Of a stretch of 64,000 bases of DNA, positions 54,517-64,000 are shown piece by piece; positions within the stretch are counted from its first letter, which is position 1; each line of letters opens with the position of its first letter. The notes under the pieces are model-generated. The model was not told where the DNA came from, made no database searches, and saw only the letters and a program-made list of their open reading frames with translations. The DNA comes from a virus, in the IMG/VR virus record IMGVR_UViG_3300022902_000008, one strand, 5' to 3'. Made by a program: the position numbers and the translations under genes.

Positions 54517-55714
54517 TAAAAAAGTTTATAATCATGAGCCATGTATGTGTGATGGTATTAACGATTATTTATATAATGGTGTTTTGAATAATATAGCAGA
54601 TCAGAGTTATAATAAAGAGTTTACAGACAAGCTTGTTAAGTATGTGTCTAAGTGTAATGATAAAATAAAGCTAAGTTTGTGCTCTAATGGAACCTCTGCC
54701 CTTCATGCTATTTTAAGGAGACTTAATATTAAAGATGGACAAAAGGTTATTTGTCCAAATGTGTCTTTTGCATCTACTTGGAATGTTATTAGGTATGTGG
54801 GGGCCATACCTGTATTTGTAGACATAGATTCAGAAACATGGTGTATTGATGTTGATAAAATAGAAGACAAGATTGATAAAGATGTTGTTGCCATAATTGC
54901 TGTTGATTTATATGGAAACATGTGTGATTATGATAGTTTAAGAAAGGTATGTGATAAACATAATTTAGTTTTAATTTCTGATGCTGCTGAATCATTTGGT
55001 TCTCTTTATAATAATAAGCTTGCGGGTTCTTTGGCTGATTATTCTATTTTTAGTTTTAATATTAATAAGCTGTTAACCTCTTCTGGTGGCGGTGCTATAT
55101 TGTTTGATTATGATCGTGATTGTGCGATCAAGCGTAGGACGTTTGTAGATAATGGTAAAATTATGGAAACAGAAGATTATTTTAATAAGTTAGTTGATCA
55201 AATGAAGGTTGGTTTTGATGGTCAATATAATTATTATGATGTTGGCTATAATTATAGAATGAATCCGATAAATGCAGCTATAGGCTTGTATAACTTTAAT
55301 AATATTGATTACATTTTACATTCTAAAAAAACACTAAGTAATTTGTATAAAATTAAGGTCACAGCAATTGAGGCAATGTTGTCTGCTGCTAAAATTGATG
55401 GTGATGTTAAGGTTAAATTTCAAAAAAATACTGATGGTTGTATGTCTAATAATTGGCTAAATGTGATTATGGTTTCAGATGAAACAACTAAGTATAACAT
55501 GTTGTCAGCATTTAATGATAACGATATTGAGGCAAGGCCGGTTTTTACACCAGCCAGTATGTTATCACATATGAGAGAATTTGTTAATGATGATGATGAT
55601 TTTAAGAATAGCACTAAGTTTTATGAAAATTCTTTGTCTTTGCCATCTAGCGTTTCATTGGGGGCAGAGGAAGTTAAATTAATTTGTGATATTATATTTG
55701 ATGTTTTGAGTTAG
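54509..55714 (+). CDS. DegT/DnrJ aminotransferase, LegC-like
   Basis: SNGTSALH, DAAES, SFNINKLLTSSGGG, GYNYRM, LSLPS. Confidence 0.88.
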   Translation: MNNKKVYNHEPCMCDGINDYLYNGVLNNIADQSYNKEFTDKLVKYVSKCNDKIKLSLCSNGTSALHAILRRLNIKDGQKVICPNVSFASTWNVIRYVGAIPVFVDIDSETWCIDVDKIEDKIDKDVVAIIAVDLYGNMCDYDSLRKVCDKHNLVLISDAAESFGSLYNNKLAGSLADYSIFSFNINKLLTSSGGGAILFDYDRDCAIKRRTFVDNGKIMETEDYFNKLVDQMKVGFDGQYNYYDVGYNYRMNPINAAIGLYNFNNIDYILHSKKTLSNLYKIKVTAIEAMLSAAKIDGDVKVKFQKNTDGCMSNNWLNVIMVSDETTKYNMLSAFNDNDIEARPVFTPASMLSHMREFVNDDDDFKNSTKFYENSLSLPSSVSLGAEEVKLICDIIFDVLS

Positions 55715-55731
55715 TCTTTGGAGGTTTTTTA

Positions 55732-57024
55732 ATGAGTAATTTTGGTATATTTAACGGGGTTAATCAGTCAGAGAATATTTGGCGCAGAGCTAAAAATGTT
55801 ATAATGGATGGCACACAATTATATTCTAAAGGGCCTATGATTGGTGTTGATGGTGTATACCCTAAGTATATTAAATCTGGAAAGGGAGCTTATGTTATTG
55901 ATGAAGATGAAAATAGATTTATTGATTATACTTCTGGAGTTGGCTCTGTTATACTTGGCTATAAAAATTCAAACGTTGATATGGCAATAATTAATCAGTT
56001 ACAAAATGGAATTAATTTTGGTTTAGTTAACAAATTAGAAGTTGAAGTGGCTGAGTTGTTGTGTGACATTATACCATGTGCAGAAAAGGTTAGGTTTTTT
56101 AAAACTGGTGCGGCCTCAACCTCTGCTGCTATAAGGTTGGCTAGGGCATATACTGGAAAAGATTTAATTATTAAGGGTGAATATCATGGTTGGCACGATT
56201 GGTGCATGGCTGCGTCCGAAAGAAATGCAGGAATTCCAGGTGACTTGAAGAACAGTGTTGTTTATTGTGAGTATAATGATATAGATAGTTTTGAAAAGGT
56301 TGTTAAAGATAATGATGTGGCAGCAATAATTTTAGAGCCAACTCAACTAGAGGCACCAAGAGATGGGTTTTTAAGTAAGCTTAGGATGTTATGTGATGAC
56401 AATGGTGTGTTATTGATTTTTGATGAAATAGTTACTGGCTTTAGGTTTTCTATTGGTGGTGCTCAAGAATATTTTGATGTTATTCCAGATCTTGCGTGTT
56501 TTGGAAAGGGTATTGCTAATGGTATGCCATTGTCTGCTGTCGTTGGTCGTAGTAATATTTTTGACAAGGTGTCTGATAGTATATTTATGTCAACTACATT
56601 TGGCGGTGAAACTTTATCTTTGGCCGCTTGCAAGGCAAACATACAATATATGTTAGATAATAATGTTTGTAGTTATTTGTGGGATATTGGCGCTAAAATA
56701 AAGGATGGGTTTAATATATATTGTCAAGATAATGATATTCCATTAGAGTGTGTTGGTTATCCATGTAGATTATTATTTATAAGTAAACTTGACGATAAGG
56801 AGTTGGATGTTAATATTAGGTCTTTATTTTTGCAAGAGTGTGTTAAGGGGGGAGTCTTAATGGCATGGCAAGTTTTGCCTATGTTTGCACATTGTAATAA
56901 TGATATTTTATATTCTATTAATGTTTTTAAAGATGCTGCAAGTATTTGTGCTGAAGCTTATATAAACAATAACATTGGTGGCTTGTTGCAAGGAAAGCCT
57001 GTTAATTGGGTTGAGGTTTTATGA
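55732..57024 (+). CDS. Class III PLP aminotransferase (GSA-aminomutase-like, sugar-cluster type)
   Basis: YHGWHD, IFDEIVTGFR, FGKGIANG, STTFGG. Confidence 0.88.
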   Translation: MSNFGIFNGVNQSENIWRRAKNVIMDGTQLYSKGPMIGVDGVYPKYIKSGKGAYVIDEDENRFIDYTSGVGSVILGYKNSNVDMAIINQLQNGINFGLVNKLEVEVAELLCDIIPCAEKVRFFKTGAASTSAAIRLARAYTGKDLIIKGEYHGWHDWCMAASERNAGIPGDLKNSVVYCEYNDIDSFEKVVKDNDVAAIILEPTQLEAPRDGFLSKLRMLCDDNGVLLIFDEIVTGFRFSIGGAQEYFDVIPDLACFGKGIANGMPLSAVVGRSNIFDKVSDSIFMSTTFGGETLSLAACKANIQYMLDNNVCSYLWDIGAKIKDGFNIYCQDNDIPLECVGYPCRLLFISKLDDKELDVNIRSLFLQECVKGGVLMAWQVLPMFAHCNNDILYSINVFKDAASICAEAYINNNIGGLLQGKPVNWVEVL

Positions 57025-58073
57025 TGGGTGACATTGATAAAAAATTGGCTGATTTTTTTAAAGACAAGGTTGTGTTAGTTACTGGCGGTGCAGGTACTAT
57101 TGGCTCTGGCATTTGTAAGAAAATATTGGAATGTTTTGATGTTGAGCAACTTAGGGTGTTTGACAACAGTGAATATTTGCTATATAAATTTATTAATAGT
57201 GTCGAGTCTGATGAAAGAGTCAGGGTTTTGATTGGCGATGTTCGTGACGGTGATAGGCTAGATAGGGCAGTTAGTGGTTGTGACATTGTTATTCATGCTG
57301 CTGCTTTGAAGCATGTATTTTTTTGTGAGTTTAATCCAGATGAGGCTTATAAAACTAATGTTGGCGGCACCGAAAATGTTATTGATTCTTGTAGGAAGTT
57401 TGGTGTAGAAAGGGCTTTGTTGATATCAACTGACAAAGCGGTAAACCCTGTTAATGTTATGGGTACAACAAAATTATTGGCAGAAAAGTTGTTTCTAAAT
57501 GCTATGGAAGTGGGTCGTAAAAATAAAAAAACTAAGTTTTCTGTGGTTAGGTTTGGTAATGTTTTTGGCTCTAATGGTTCATTTGTCGAGACTTTTTATA
57601 ACAATATGTCTAATGATGAAGAAATATTAGTTACAAATTTAAGTGCTTCTAGGTATATGATGTCAATTGATGACGCTATCAATCTAGTCCTTAGATCGTT
57701 TGTGTTGGGTGAGCATGATTTATATGTTTTGAAAATGGACAAGTGTATTTTAAGGCATGTGTTACATGCATTGTGTTTACATTTTAATATAAATTTTGAT
57801 GATCTTGTTATAAAAAAAATTGGTTTGTTGCCTGGGGAAAAGCTGTGTGAAGAGTTGTTGACTGGACATGAAAAGGCTATGGCTGCTATATATGACGATT
57901 TTGTTATTGTTGATTATGATAGGATACATTCTCATTTTATATCTGGAAACAATAATGGTTGTAACAATAGTTTAAGTGTTGATAAGGATAATTGTTTTGA
58001 TGATTTTGGTGATATGTCTATTGATGACATTGGTGTGCTGTTAGATAGATGGATTGAAGATAAAAGTAACTAA
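57021..58073 (+). CDS. NDP-GlcNAc 4,6-dehydratase (CapD/PseB-like)
   Basis: TGGAGTIG, HAAALKHV, STDKAVNP, RFGNVFGSNGS, GEKL. Confidence 0.9.
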   Translation: MMGDIDKKLADFFKDKVVLVTGGAGTIGSGICKKILECFDVEQLRVFDNSEYLLYKFINSVESDERVRVLIGDVRDGDRLDRAVSGCDIVIHAAALKHVFFCEFNPDEAYKTNVGGTENVIDSCRKFGVERALLISTDKAVNPVNVMGTTKLLAEKLFLNAMEVGRKNKKTKFSVVRFGNVFGSNGSFVETFYNNMSNDEEILVTNLSASRYMMSIDDAINLVLRSFVLGEHDLYVLKMDKCILRHVLHALCLHFNINFDDLVIKKIGLLPGEKLCEELLTGHEKAMAAIYDDFVIVDYDRIHSHFISGNNNGCNNSLSVDKDNCFDDFGDMSIDDIGVLLDRWIEDKSN

Positions 58074-58092
58074 TGATTGGGGATTAAAAAAC

Positions 58093-59169
58093 ATGTTTAA
58101 TGATTATAAGTTTGTTGTTGCTGGGTGTTGTGGTTCTATGGGTGCTAGAAGAATAGGTGTTATGATTAATAATTTCAATATTGATCCGTCTAATATTTAT
58201 GGATATGATGTTAGTAATAACAGTAAAGATAGAAGTTTTGATGGTGTTAATTATTTTGTTGGTACTGGGAACTTAGATGATGTTGAGAATTTGTTGAGGA
58301 ATGAAGATAAGGTTGTTTGTTTTATATGTACTCCACCTAATAAACATATGGGATATTATAGATTGTTTAGCGAATATAATTGTCATATTTTTTGCGAAGC
58401 ATCAGTATGCCCGTCAGACAGGTTTGCGTTATTAGACATATATGAAACAAGTAAAAATAATAATACAGTTGTATATCCATCTTCTACTTTGAAGTTTAAG
58501 GATTCTATTAGATATATAAAGGGTATTATTGATGATAATGTTATTGGCAAGCCACTTAGTTATATTTATAGAGTTTCACAGAATCTAAAACAATGGCACC
58601 CAGAACAAGATATTAATAGTTATTATGTGTCAAATGTTGACACTAGTGGTAGTAGAGAAATGATTCCATTTGAATTGTCATGGTTAGTCGATATCTTTGG
58701 GCCAATAGATTTTGACTCTATGTGTTCGTTAGTTAAGTCAAGATCGGTTATAGGTAAAAACACTGGTATAAATGATTGTTATTCAGTTATTTTTGAACAT
58801 ATGCTTGATGTGTGTAATAACAACTATGTTGGTGCTAATTTTTCTGTTGATGTTTATAGCCAAAAGCCGTATCGTAGGCTTTATTTATCTTGTGAGGGTG
58901 GTAATATAGAATGGGATTGGATTGACAATAATGTTTCTGTATATATTAACAGTAATGATAATGAATTTTTACCTGAAAAAATTGTATACAAAGAGGAGAG
59001 CGTCAGTGTTTTAAATGGGTATTCTGATTTTTCTACTCAAAAAATGTATGTTGATGAGGTTGGTCATTTTTTTGATTGTGTGTTGGGCAAAGATGTTCTT
59101 TGTAATACTTTATCTGATGACAATTATGTGTTAACATGTTTAGATGTTATAGAGAGGAGAACAAAGTGA
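58093..59169 (+). CDS. Gfo/Idh/MocA oxidoreductase
   Basis: GSMGARR, ICTPP, FCEAS, WHP. Confidence 0.8.
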   Translation: MFNDYKFVVAGCCGSMGARRIGVMINNFNIDPSNIYGYDVSNNSKDRSFDGVNYFVGTGNLDDVENLLRNEDKVVCFICTPPNKHMGYYRLFSEYNCHIFCEASVCPSDRFALLDIYETSKNNNTVVYPSSTLKFKDSIRYIKGIIDDNVIGKPLSYIYRVSQNLKQWHPEQDINSYYVSNVDTSGSREMIPFELSWLVDIFGPIDFDSMCSLVKSRSVIGKNTGINDCYSVIFEHMLDVCNNNYVGANFSVDVYSQKPYRRLYLSCEGGNIEWDWIDNNVSVYINSNDNEFLPEKIVYKEESVSVLNGYSDFSTQKMYVDEVGHFFDCVLGKDVLCNTLSDDNYVLTCLDVIERRTK

Positions 59170-59170
59170 A

Positions 59171-60082
59171 ATGAAGAGAAGTAATGTTGTTGATGGTAAA
59201 AAGTGGATTGACAGATTTAATATTAACAAAGATGGTTATATAAAGTATTTTTTTAAAAAGTTGTTTGGCTTATATAATAATAAAAATATAGCTATATTTG
59301 TATCTGCTAGGGATAAGTCAACTAGGCTAAAAAATAAAGAGTTTAAGAGGTTGACGTGTCATTGTGGGGACACAGTTATTGATTATATTTTAAATAGGTT
59401 GTTGTGTTGTTTTTGTTCCAGCACTCCAATTTCTAGCATTCCAATTGTTTTATGTACATCATATTATAAGGATGATTATAAGTTTTTTGATATTGATACT
59501 GTTAATGATAAAGCAAGGTTTAAAAATAAAAATAATTGTGGTATAGCTGTTTATGCAGGCCATCCTGATGATAAGCTAGATAGGTATTATTCTTGTATGG
59601 AATATTTTGGGTTAGACGGTGCTATCATAATTGATGGTGATAATTTATTTACATCGTTTGGTGCAATTAAATATACATATGATAAGTTACAAGAAGGCTT
59701 TGAATATGTTTACTCTAACTACAACGAGGTTCCCGATGGCTTATATTGTTATGGCATATCTAAGAAATCTCTTGAGGCAGTAATGGTTAATAAGAATAGC
59801 TCAGATACAGAAGTTTGGGGCCATTTATTTAAGGGTAAGTTTTATGAGAATGAATATATTTTTCCATATAAGTTTGATGATAGGTTAAGGTTAACTTTAG
59901 ATTACGAAGAGGATTTTGACTTTTTTAACATTATTTTAGATGCTTGTGTTAGTGTATATAATATTGATGTTCCACAAATACTAAATATACTAACAGATAA
60001 TGAAGATTTATATAGTATTAATTGTGGCAAGATAGATGAGTATAAAGAAAGGTTAAATGAAATTAAAGAAAGAACAAACTGA
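59171..60082 (+). CDS. SpsF-like cytidylyltransferase
   Basis: ARDKSTRLKNK, DGDN, RLTLDYEED. Confidence 0.82.
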   Translation: MKRSNVVDGKKWIDRFNINKDGYIKYFFKKLFGLYNNKNIAIFVSARDKSTRLKNKEFKRLTCHCGDTVIDYILNRLLCCFCSSTPISSIPIVLCTSYYKDDYKFFDIDTVNDKARFKNKNNCGIAVYAGHPDDKLDRYYSCMEYFGLDGAIIIDGDNLFTSFGAIKYTYDKLQEGFEYVYSNYNEVPDGLYCYGISKKSLEAVMVNKNSSDTEVWGHLFKGKFYENEYIFPYKFDDRLRLTLDYEEDFDFFNIILDACVSVYNIDVPQILNILTDNEDLYSINCGKIDEYKERLNEIKERTN

Positions 60083-61040
60083 TAAAAACATTGTATTGTT
60101 TTATAGCAGTCGTGCTGAATATTCTATATTAGAGCCTATTGTTAAACTGTATGGAAATTTTATAAATGTTGTAAATATAAATAATTGGTTTGATGGTGGT
60201 TTTAATTTAGAAGAGAATTATTCGAAACTTGGCGATGTGTATAATGCAGCTTATTCTTTTATAGTTAATAATAATGTTGATGTCGTTGTTTTATTGGGCG
60301 ACAGAAAGGAAATGTTTATGACAGCATCAGCAGCGTTTATGGCTGGAGTCGAGTTGGTTCATTTGGCAGCAGGGGACTTGTCTGAAAAGATTACTACCTA
60401 TGATGATTTTGTTAGACATATTATAACATTAATGAGCAGCAAACAAGTTTGTTTCTCAGATAGTTCGCTTAGTGTTGTCAATGATATGTTTTCAGTGGTG
60501 AATAAAGAGTGTTGTGCTAAAGCTTTTAATAATCCATCATTTTCATTAATAGATTTAGATGTTATAAAAAATAAAGTTTTTGACTGTAAAGATATTTATG
60601 ATAATATTGTAGATAATAATGAGAAATATATTTTATTTTTAGTACATCCAGAAAATGATGTTAACAATACTAAGAAAATAGCTGGTAGCATAGAAGAGCA
60701 TTGTAATTTTTATGTTAATAAAGGTTATAGTTTGGTTTTTATATTTGGTAATAAAGATCTTAATTATGAACTTATTTATAATAAAATATGTAACATTAAG
60801 CTTGAGTTTACAAATATGGTTTTTGTTTATAATAATTTAGAGAAGGATAGTTTTTTGAACTTAGTTGTTAATTGTGGCAAGTTTATTTCTAATAGTTCTT
60901 GTTTGTATTATGAAATACCAAAGTTGATTGATATGGATAATGTTATATTTTTAGGGGATAGAAATTATAAAAGAAATTGTGGTAATGTTAAATTTAATGA
61001 TAAAAAAAATGTAAATGATATATTTAATTTTATTTGGTAG
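60057..61040 (+). CDS. neuC: Hydrolysing NDP-GlcNAc 2-epimerase
   Basis: SRAEYS, LLGDRKE, HLAAGD, DDFVRH, SNSS, GDR. Confidence 0.8.
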   Translation: MKLKKEQTDKNIVLFYSSRAEYSILEPIVKLYGNFINVVNINNWFDGGFNLEENYSKLGDVYNAAYSFIVNNNVDVVVLLGDRKEMFMTASAAFMAGVELVHLAAGDLSEKITTYDDFVRHIITLMSSKQVCFSDSSLSVVNDMFSVVNKECCAKAFNNPSFSLIDLDVIKNKVFDCKDIYDNIVDNNEKYILFLVHPENDVNNTKKIAGSIEEHCNFYVNKGYSLVFIFGNKDLNYELIYNKICNIKLEFTNMVFVYNNLEKDSFLNLVVNCGKFISNSSCLYYEIPKLIDMDNVIFLGDRNYKRNCGNVKFNDKKNVNDIFNFIW

Positions 61041-61051
61041 GAGAACTTAAT

Positions 61052-62305
61052 ATGGCATCTTCGTTAAGGAATGTTAATAGGAAGAAAGGTAAGGGTAGTG
61101 TTGTTGTAAAAAAAGAGCGGGCTAGTACCGTTACTGTTGTTAAACCTAATGAAGTTGACATTATCAATAAAAATAAGCTAAAAAAGAATTTAAATAAAAG
61201 TAAAAGTGTTAGGCCCGAAGTTGCAGAAGCCAACATTAATAATTTTTTTGAATATAAATATAATAGTGATAGTGACTTTATTTTAAAATATAGTTATGAC
61301 AAGTTTAAGTTTAAATTTAATTCTGGTAATAGTATGAATAAACCATGGCATATTACTAATATGCCAGGAGGTGTTAGTGACTTTGTTGGTAGGTTTAAGA
61401 GTGATAGTTCTTCATTTTTAGCAAAAGATAGCGGTGCGTGCGACAAATATTTAATAAACTTTAAAGATTCTTACACTAAGTTTTCTTCTAATTATTTAAA
61501 GTATGATGTTAGTAATAACTTTAGTAATGATGTATGTGTGATAGTTGGTGGTGGAAAGACAACCGAATATTTTGATTTTTCTGTTTTAGAATCTCTCAGG
61601 AAGATTTATGGCAATGTCCACTTATGGTCTTGTAATGGTGGGTCTACTTTTTGTGAGTCCGATTGTGTGTGGTGTTCGTCAGACAAGCGAATACTAGATT
61701 TTCAATATAGATCTTTTATAGATAACAAACCTCAAATTGCCACTATTTTACATTATAGCCATGGGTCAGATGAAGCTATTTTTGATGATAAAATGTTTTT
61801 TCATATTAAATATTCTTATGATTTACCTAAAAATTATGATGTTTTTAAAAATGATGTTGATAATTTTTCTTTGGCTAGATCTGGTGATGACTTAGGTATG
61901 TTTGCTATAAAATCTGCTTTATCTTTGGGGTTTTCTAAAGTTTTTTTAGTTGGGTTTGATGGCAGAATTGATTGTGGTTCTTCTAAAGTTAAAGATATTT
62001 TAGATAATAATTGGGCTGGCGATCCGTCATTGATTAGTGCGGAGTATAATAAGATAATAAATTCTAATGATAGTGTTTTTAAAAAGCATATAAAGAAAAG
62101 AAACAATCAAAATATTATGTTATTTAATATGGTAAAAAAATATTGTTGTGAGAATGATATAGAGCTTAAGTGGTTAACTCCGTCAATATATGTTGAGAGG
62201 GATAAGGGTCGTTATTTTATGAGTTATAAAGATTTGTCTAGAAGGTATATTGATTATGTTAATAGTGTTAAATTTAGTATTGGTGGAGGGCGTGGTGTCA
62301 AATAA
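61052..62305 (+). CDS. Maf/GT42-like (CstII-fold) nonulosonate transferase with basic N-terminal extension
   Basis: CVIVGGGKT...WSCN...GMFAIKSALSLGFSKVFLVGFD. Confidence 0.65.
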   Translation: MASSLRNVNRKKGKGSVVVKKERASTVTVVKPNEVDIINKNKLKKNLNKSKSVRPEVAEANINNFFEYKYNSDSDFILKYSYDKFKFKFNSGNSMNKPWHITNMPGGVSDFVGRFKSDSSSFLAKDSGACDKYLINFKDSYTKFSSNYLKYDVSNNFSNDVCVIVGGGKTTEYFDFSVLESLRKIYGNVHLWSCNGGSTFCESDCVWCSSDKRILDFQYRSFIDNKPQIATILHYSHGSDEAIFDDKMFFHIKYSYDLPKNYDVFKNDVDNFSLARSGDDLGMFAIKSALSLGFSKVFLVGFDGRIDCGSSKVKDILDNNWAGDPSLISAEYNKIINSNDSVFKKHIKKRNNQNIMLFNMVKKYCCENDIELKWLTPSIYVERDKGRYFMSYKDLSRRYIDYVNSVKFSIGGGRGVK

Positions 62306-63344
62306 TAAGGTTAAAATAATAGCAGAAGTTGCCTGGGCGCATGATGGTGATCTCGATAAGGCAAAAATGTTAGTTAAAAATGCATCGTTGGCGGCTGTTG
62401 ATATAATTAATTTTCATATTACAGACATTCCTTCGTATATAACTAAAGACTATGGTAACAAAGATGGTTTATCTGTTTCTAAAAGAGGTGTAAGTGATAT
62501 ATATAAATTTTTACTAGATAACAACATATGTGTTGAAGATATAAATAAATTATTATATTTGTCTAAAAAGTTTAATTTATTAACATCTGTTATGATTAAT
62601 GACAGTGAATCTTTTTCAAGACTAGATTGTTCGTTAGTTGATTATATGTGCATAGCTCCAGCTATTGTAGATGAAAAGTCATTAATTGATAATATACATT
62701 TTGCTTTTAATAAGTTTGATAATATAAGAAAAGTTTTTGTTAGGTGTGGCGCATCTAATTTTAATGAAATAAAATGTATTGTAAATAAGTTTGGTGGTAG
62801 TAATGTTGTTTTATTGCATGGTGTTCAAAATTTCCCATCTGATGTCAATAGCTTAAATTTGAATTGTTTAGACACTTTAAGCAATAGTTTTGTTGATTGT
62901 GATGTTGGCTTGGCTGATCACTTAGATGCTGACAGTAGTTTAAGTTTAATTTTGCCATTAATGGCTATCTCTAAGGGATGTAATTATATAGAAAAACATA
63001 TTACATATTCTAGATTTGAAAGGGGAGAAGATTTTGAGTCTGCTTTAGAATTAAATGAGCTTTATAAGTTTGTTAATTATGTGAGACAAGCCGAAAATGC
63101 TTTGGGCAGTGGAGACATTAACAGTTTTTCAGTGAGTGAGTCAAAATATAATTCTGTTGTTAGAAAAAGGTTGGTTGCTAAAAATAAAGTATGTTCTGGT
63201 TGTGTTATATCTGCTGATGATGTTTGTTTTAAGAGGGCAAATGCAGGCTTTTTTATTGGTGATATTGATAAGGTTGTTGGAAAAATTGCAGTTAAAGATG
63301 TTTATATTGATATGTCATTTGATGAAGAAAGTGTTGGCGAATAA
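62295..63344 (+). CDS. neuB: Second NulO synthase (NeuB family) with SAF domain
   Basis: IAEVAWAHDG, GLADH, IEKHIT, C-terminal SAF-like domain. Confidence 0.85.
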   Translation: MSNNKVKIIAEVAWAHDGDLDKAKMLVKNASLAAVDIINFHITDIPSYITKDYGNKDGLSVSKRGVSDIYKFLLDNNICVEDINKLLYLSKKFNLLTSVMINDSESFSRLDCSLVDYMCIAPAIVDEKSLIDNIHFAFNKFDNIRKVFVRCGASNFNEIKCIVNKFGGSNVVLLHGVQNFPSDVNSLNLNCLDTLSNSFVDCDVGLADHLDADSSLSLILPLMAISKGCNYIEKHITYSRFERGEDFESALELNELYKFVNYVRQAENALGSGDINSFSVSESKYNSVVRKRLVAKNKVCSGCVISADDVCFKRANAGFFIGDIDKVVGKIAVKDVYIDMSFDEESVGE

Positions 63345-63396
63345 TAAAAATATTTTTAATGTATTGTGAGTTTAATTTATAATGGGAGGTTTTTTT

Positions 63397-64000
63397 ATGG
63401 TATCTTCATTAAAGAACATTAGTAGGAAGAAGGAGAGGAAAGAAAAAAAAGAACAGGTTAGCGTTACGGTTGTGGCCAAGCCTAATGAAGTTAGTATTAT
63501 CAATAAAAGCAAGTTAAGAAAGAATTTAAGTGTTAATAAAAGTGGAGATATCAATAAAAATAAATTAAAGAAGAATTTAAATATTAATAAAGATAAAGAT
63601 GTTAAGTTAGAAGCTAACATTAATGATCTTGTTGAATATAAATATAATAGTGACAGTGACTTTATTTTAAAATATAGTTATGATAAATTTAAGTTTAAAT
63701 TTAATTCTGGCAACAACATGAATAAACCATGGCACATTACTAATATGTCTGGAGGAGGTGCTAGTGACTTTGTTGGTAGGTTTAAGAGTGATAGTTCTGC
63801 ATTTTTAGCAAAAAATAATAGTATGTGTGACAAAGATTTGATAAACTTTAAAGATTCTTATATTAAATTTTCTTCTAATTATTTAAAGTATGATGTTAGT
63901 GATAACTTTAGTAATGATGTATGTGTGATAGTTGGTGGTGGAAAGACAACCGAATATTTTGATTTTTCTGTTTTAGAATCTCTCAGGAAGATTTATGGCA
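63397..64000 (+). CDS. Second Maf/GT42-like transferase, 3'-truncated by the window edge (not in the ORF track)
   Basis: SD GGAGG, open to the window end; 63902-64000 is identical to 61515-61613. Confidence 0.85.
   Translation, partial: MVSSLKNISRKKERKEKKEQVSVTVVAKPNEVSIINKSKLRKNLSVNKSGDINKNKLKKNLNINKDKDVKLEANINDLVEYKYNSDSDFILKYSYDKFKFKFNSGNNMNKPWHITNMSGGGASDFVGRFKSDSSAFLAKNNSMCDKDLINFKDSYIKFSSNYLKYDVSDNFSNDVCVIVGGGKTTEYFDFSVLESLRKIYG

Noticed and set aside
1-64000. Stop-codon recoding
   Set aside because: Conserved enzymes are full length in code 11, and TAA, TAG and TGA all end genes

Overview
A segment of a very AT-rich (roughly 28-30% GC by eye), large lytic-type bacteriophage genome in the standard genetic code. 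No rRNA, intact tRNA, CRISPR array, integrase or transposase was seen. (1) 1-4.3 kb: candidate virion-packaged effectors (ADP-ribosyltransferase-like, two ParB/Srx-like, HExxH peptidase). (2) 4.3-26 kb: a plastic early region built around a sigma70-type promoter (GG-TTAACA-N17-TGn-TATAnT; 19 copies in the window). It holds about 25 paralogues of a small beta-rich (SH3/KOW-like) protein, 4 intact and 2 decayed HRxDGPA-repeat genes, promoter-bounded gene cassettes and two candidate structured RNAs. It also holds three unannotated 8-10 aa micro-ORFs that all end in R-I-R-D-x-x-stop. (3) 26-46 kb: CCA-adding enzyme, GMP reductase-like gene plus PurA, cytidylyltransferase fusion, vWA-metallopeptidase, SGNH esterase/lytic transglycosylase/DUF218 trio, ClpP, sigma region-4, Hc1 and FmdB regulators. 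(4) 46.7-64 kb: a nonulosonic-acid (legionaminic-type) biosynthesis and glycosylation cluster with duplicated Maf/GT42-like transferases. All product calls come from motif recognition by eye; no database search was run.
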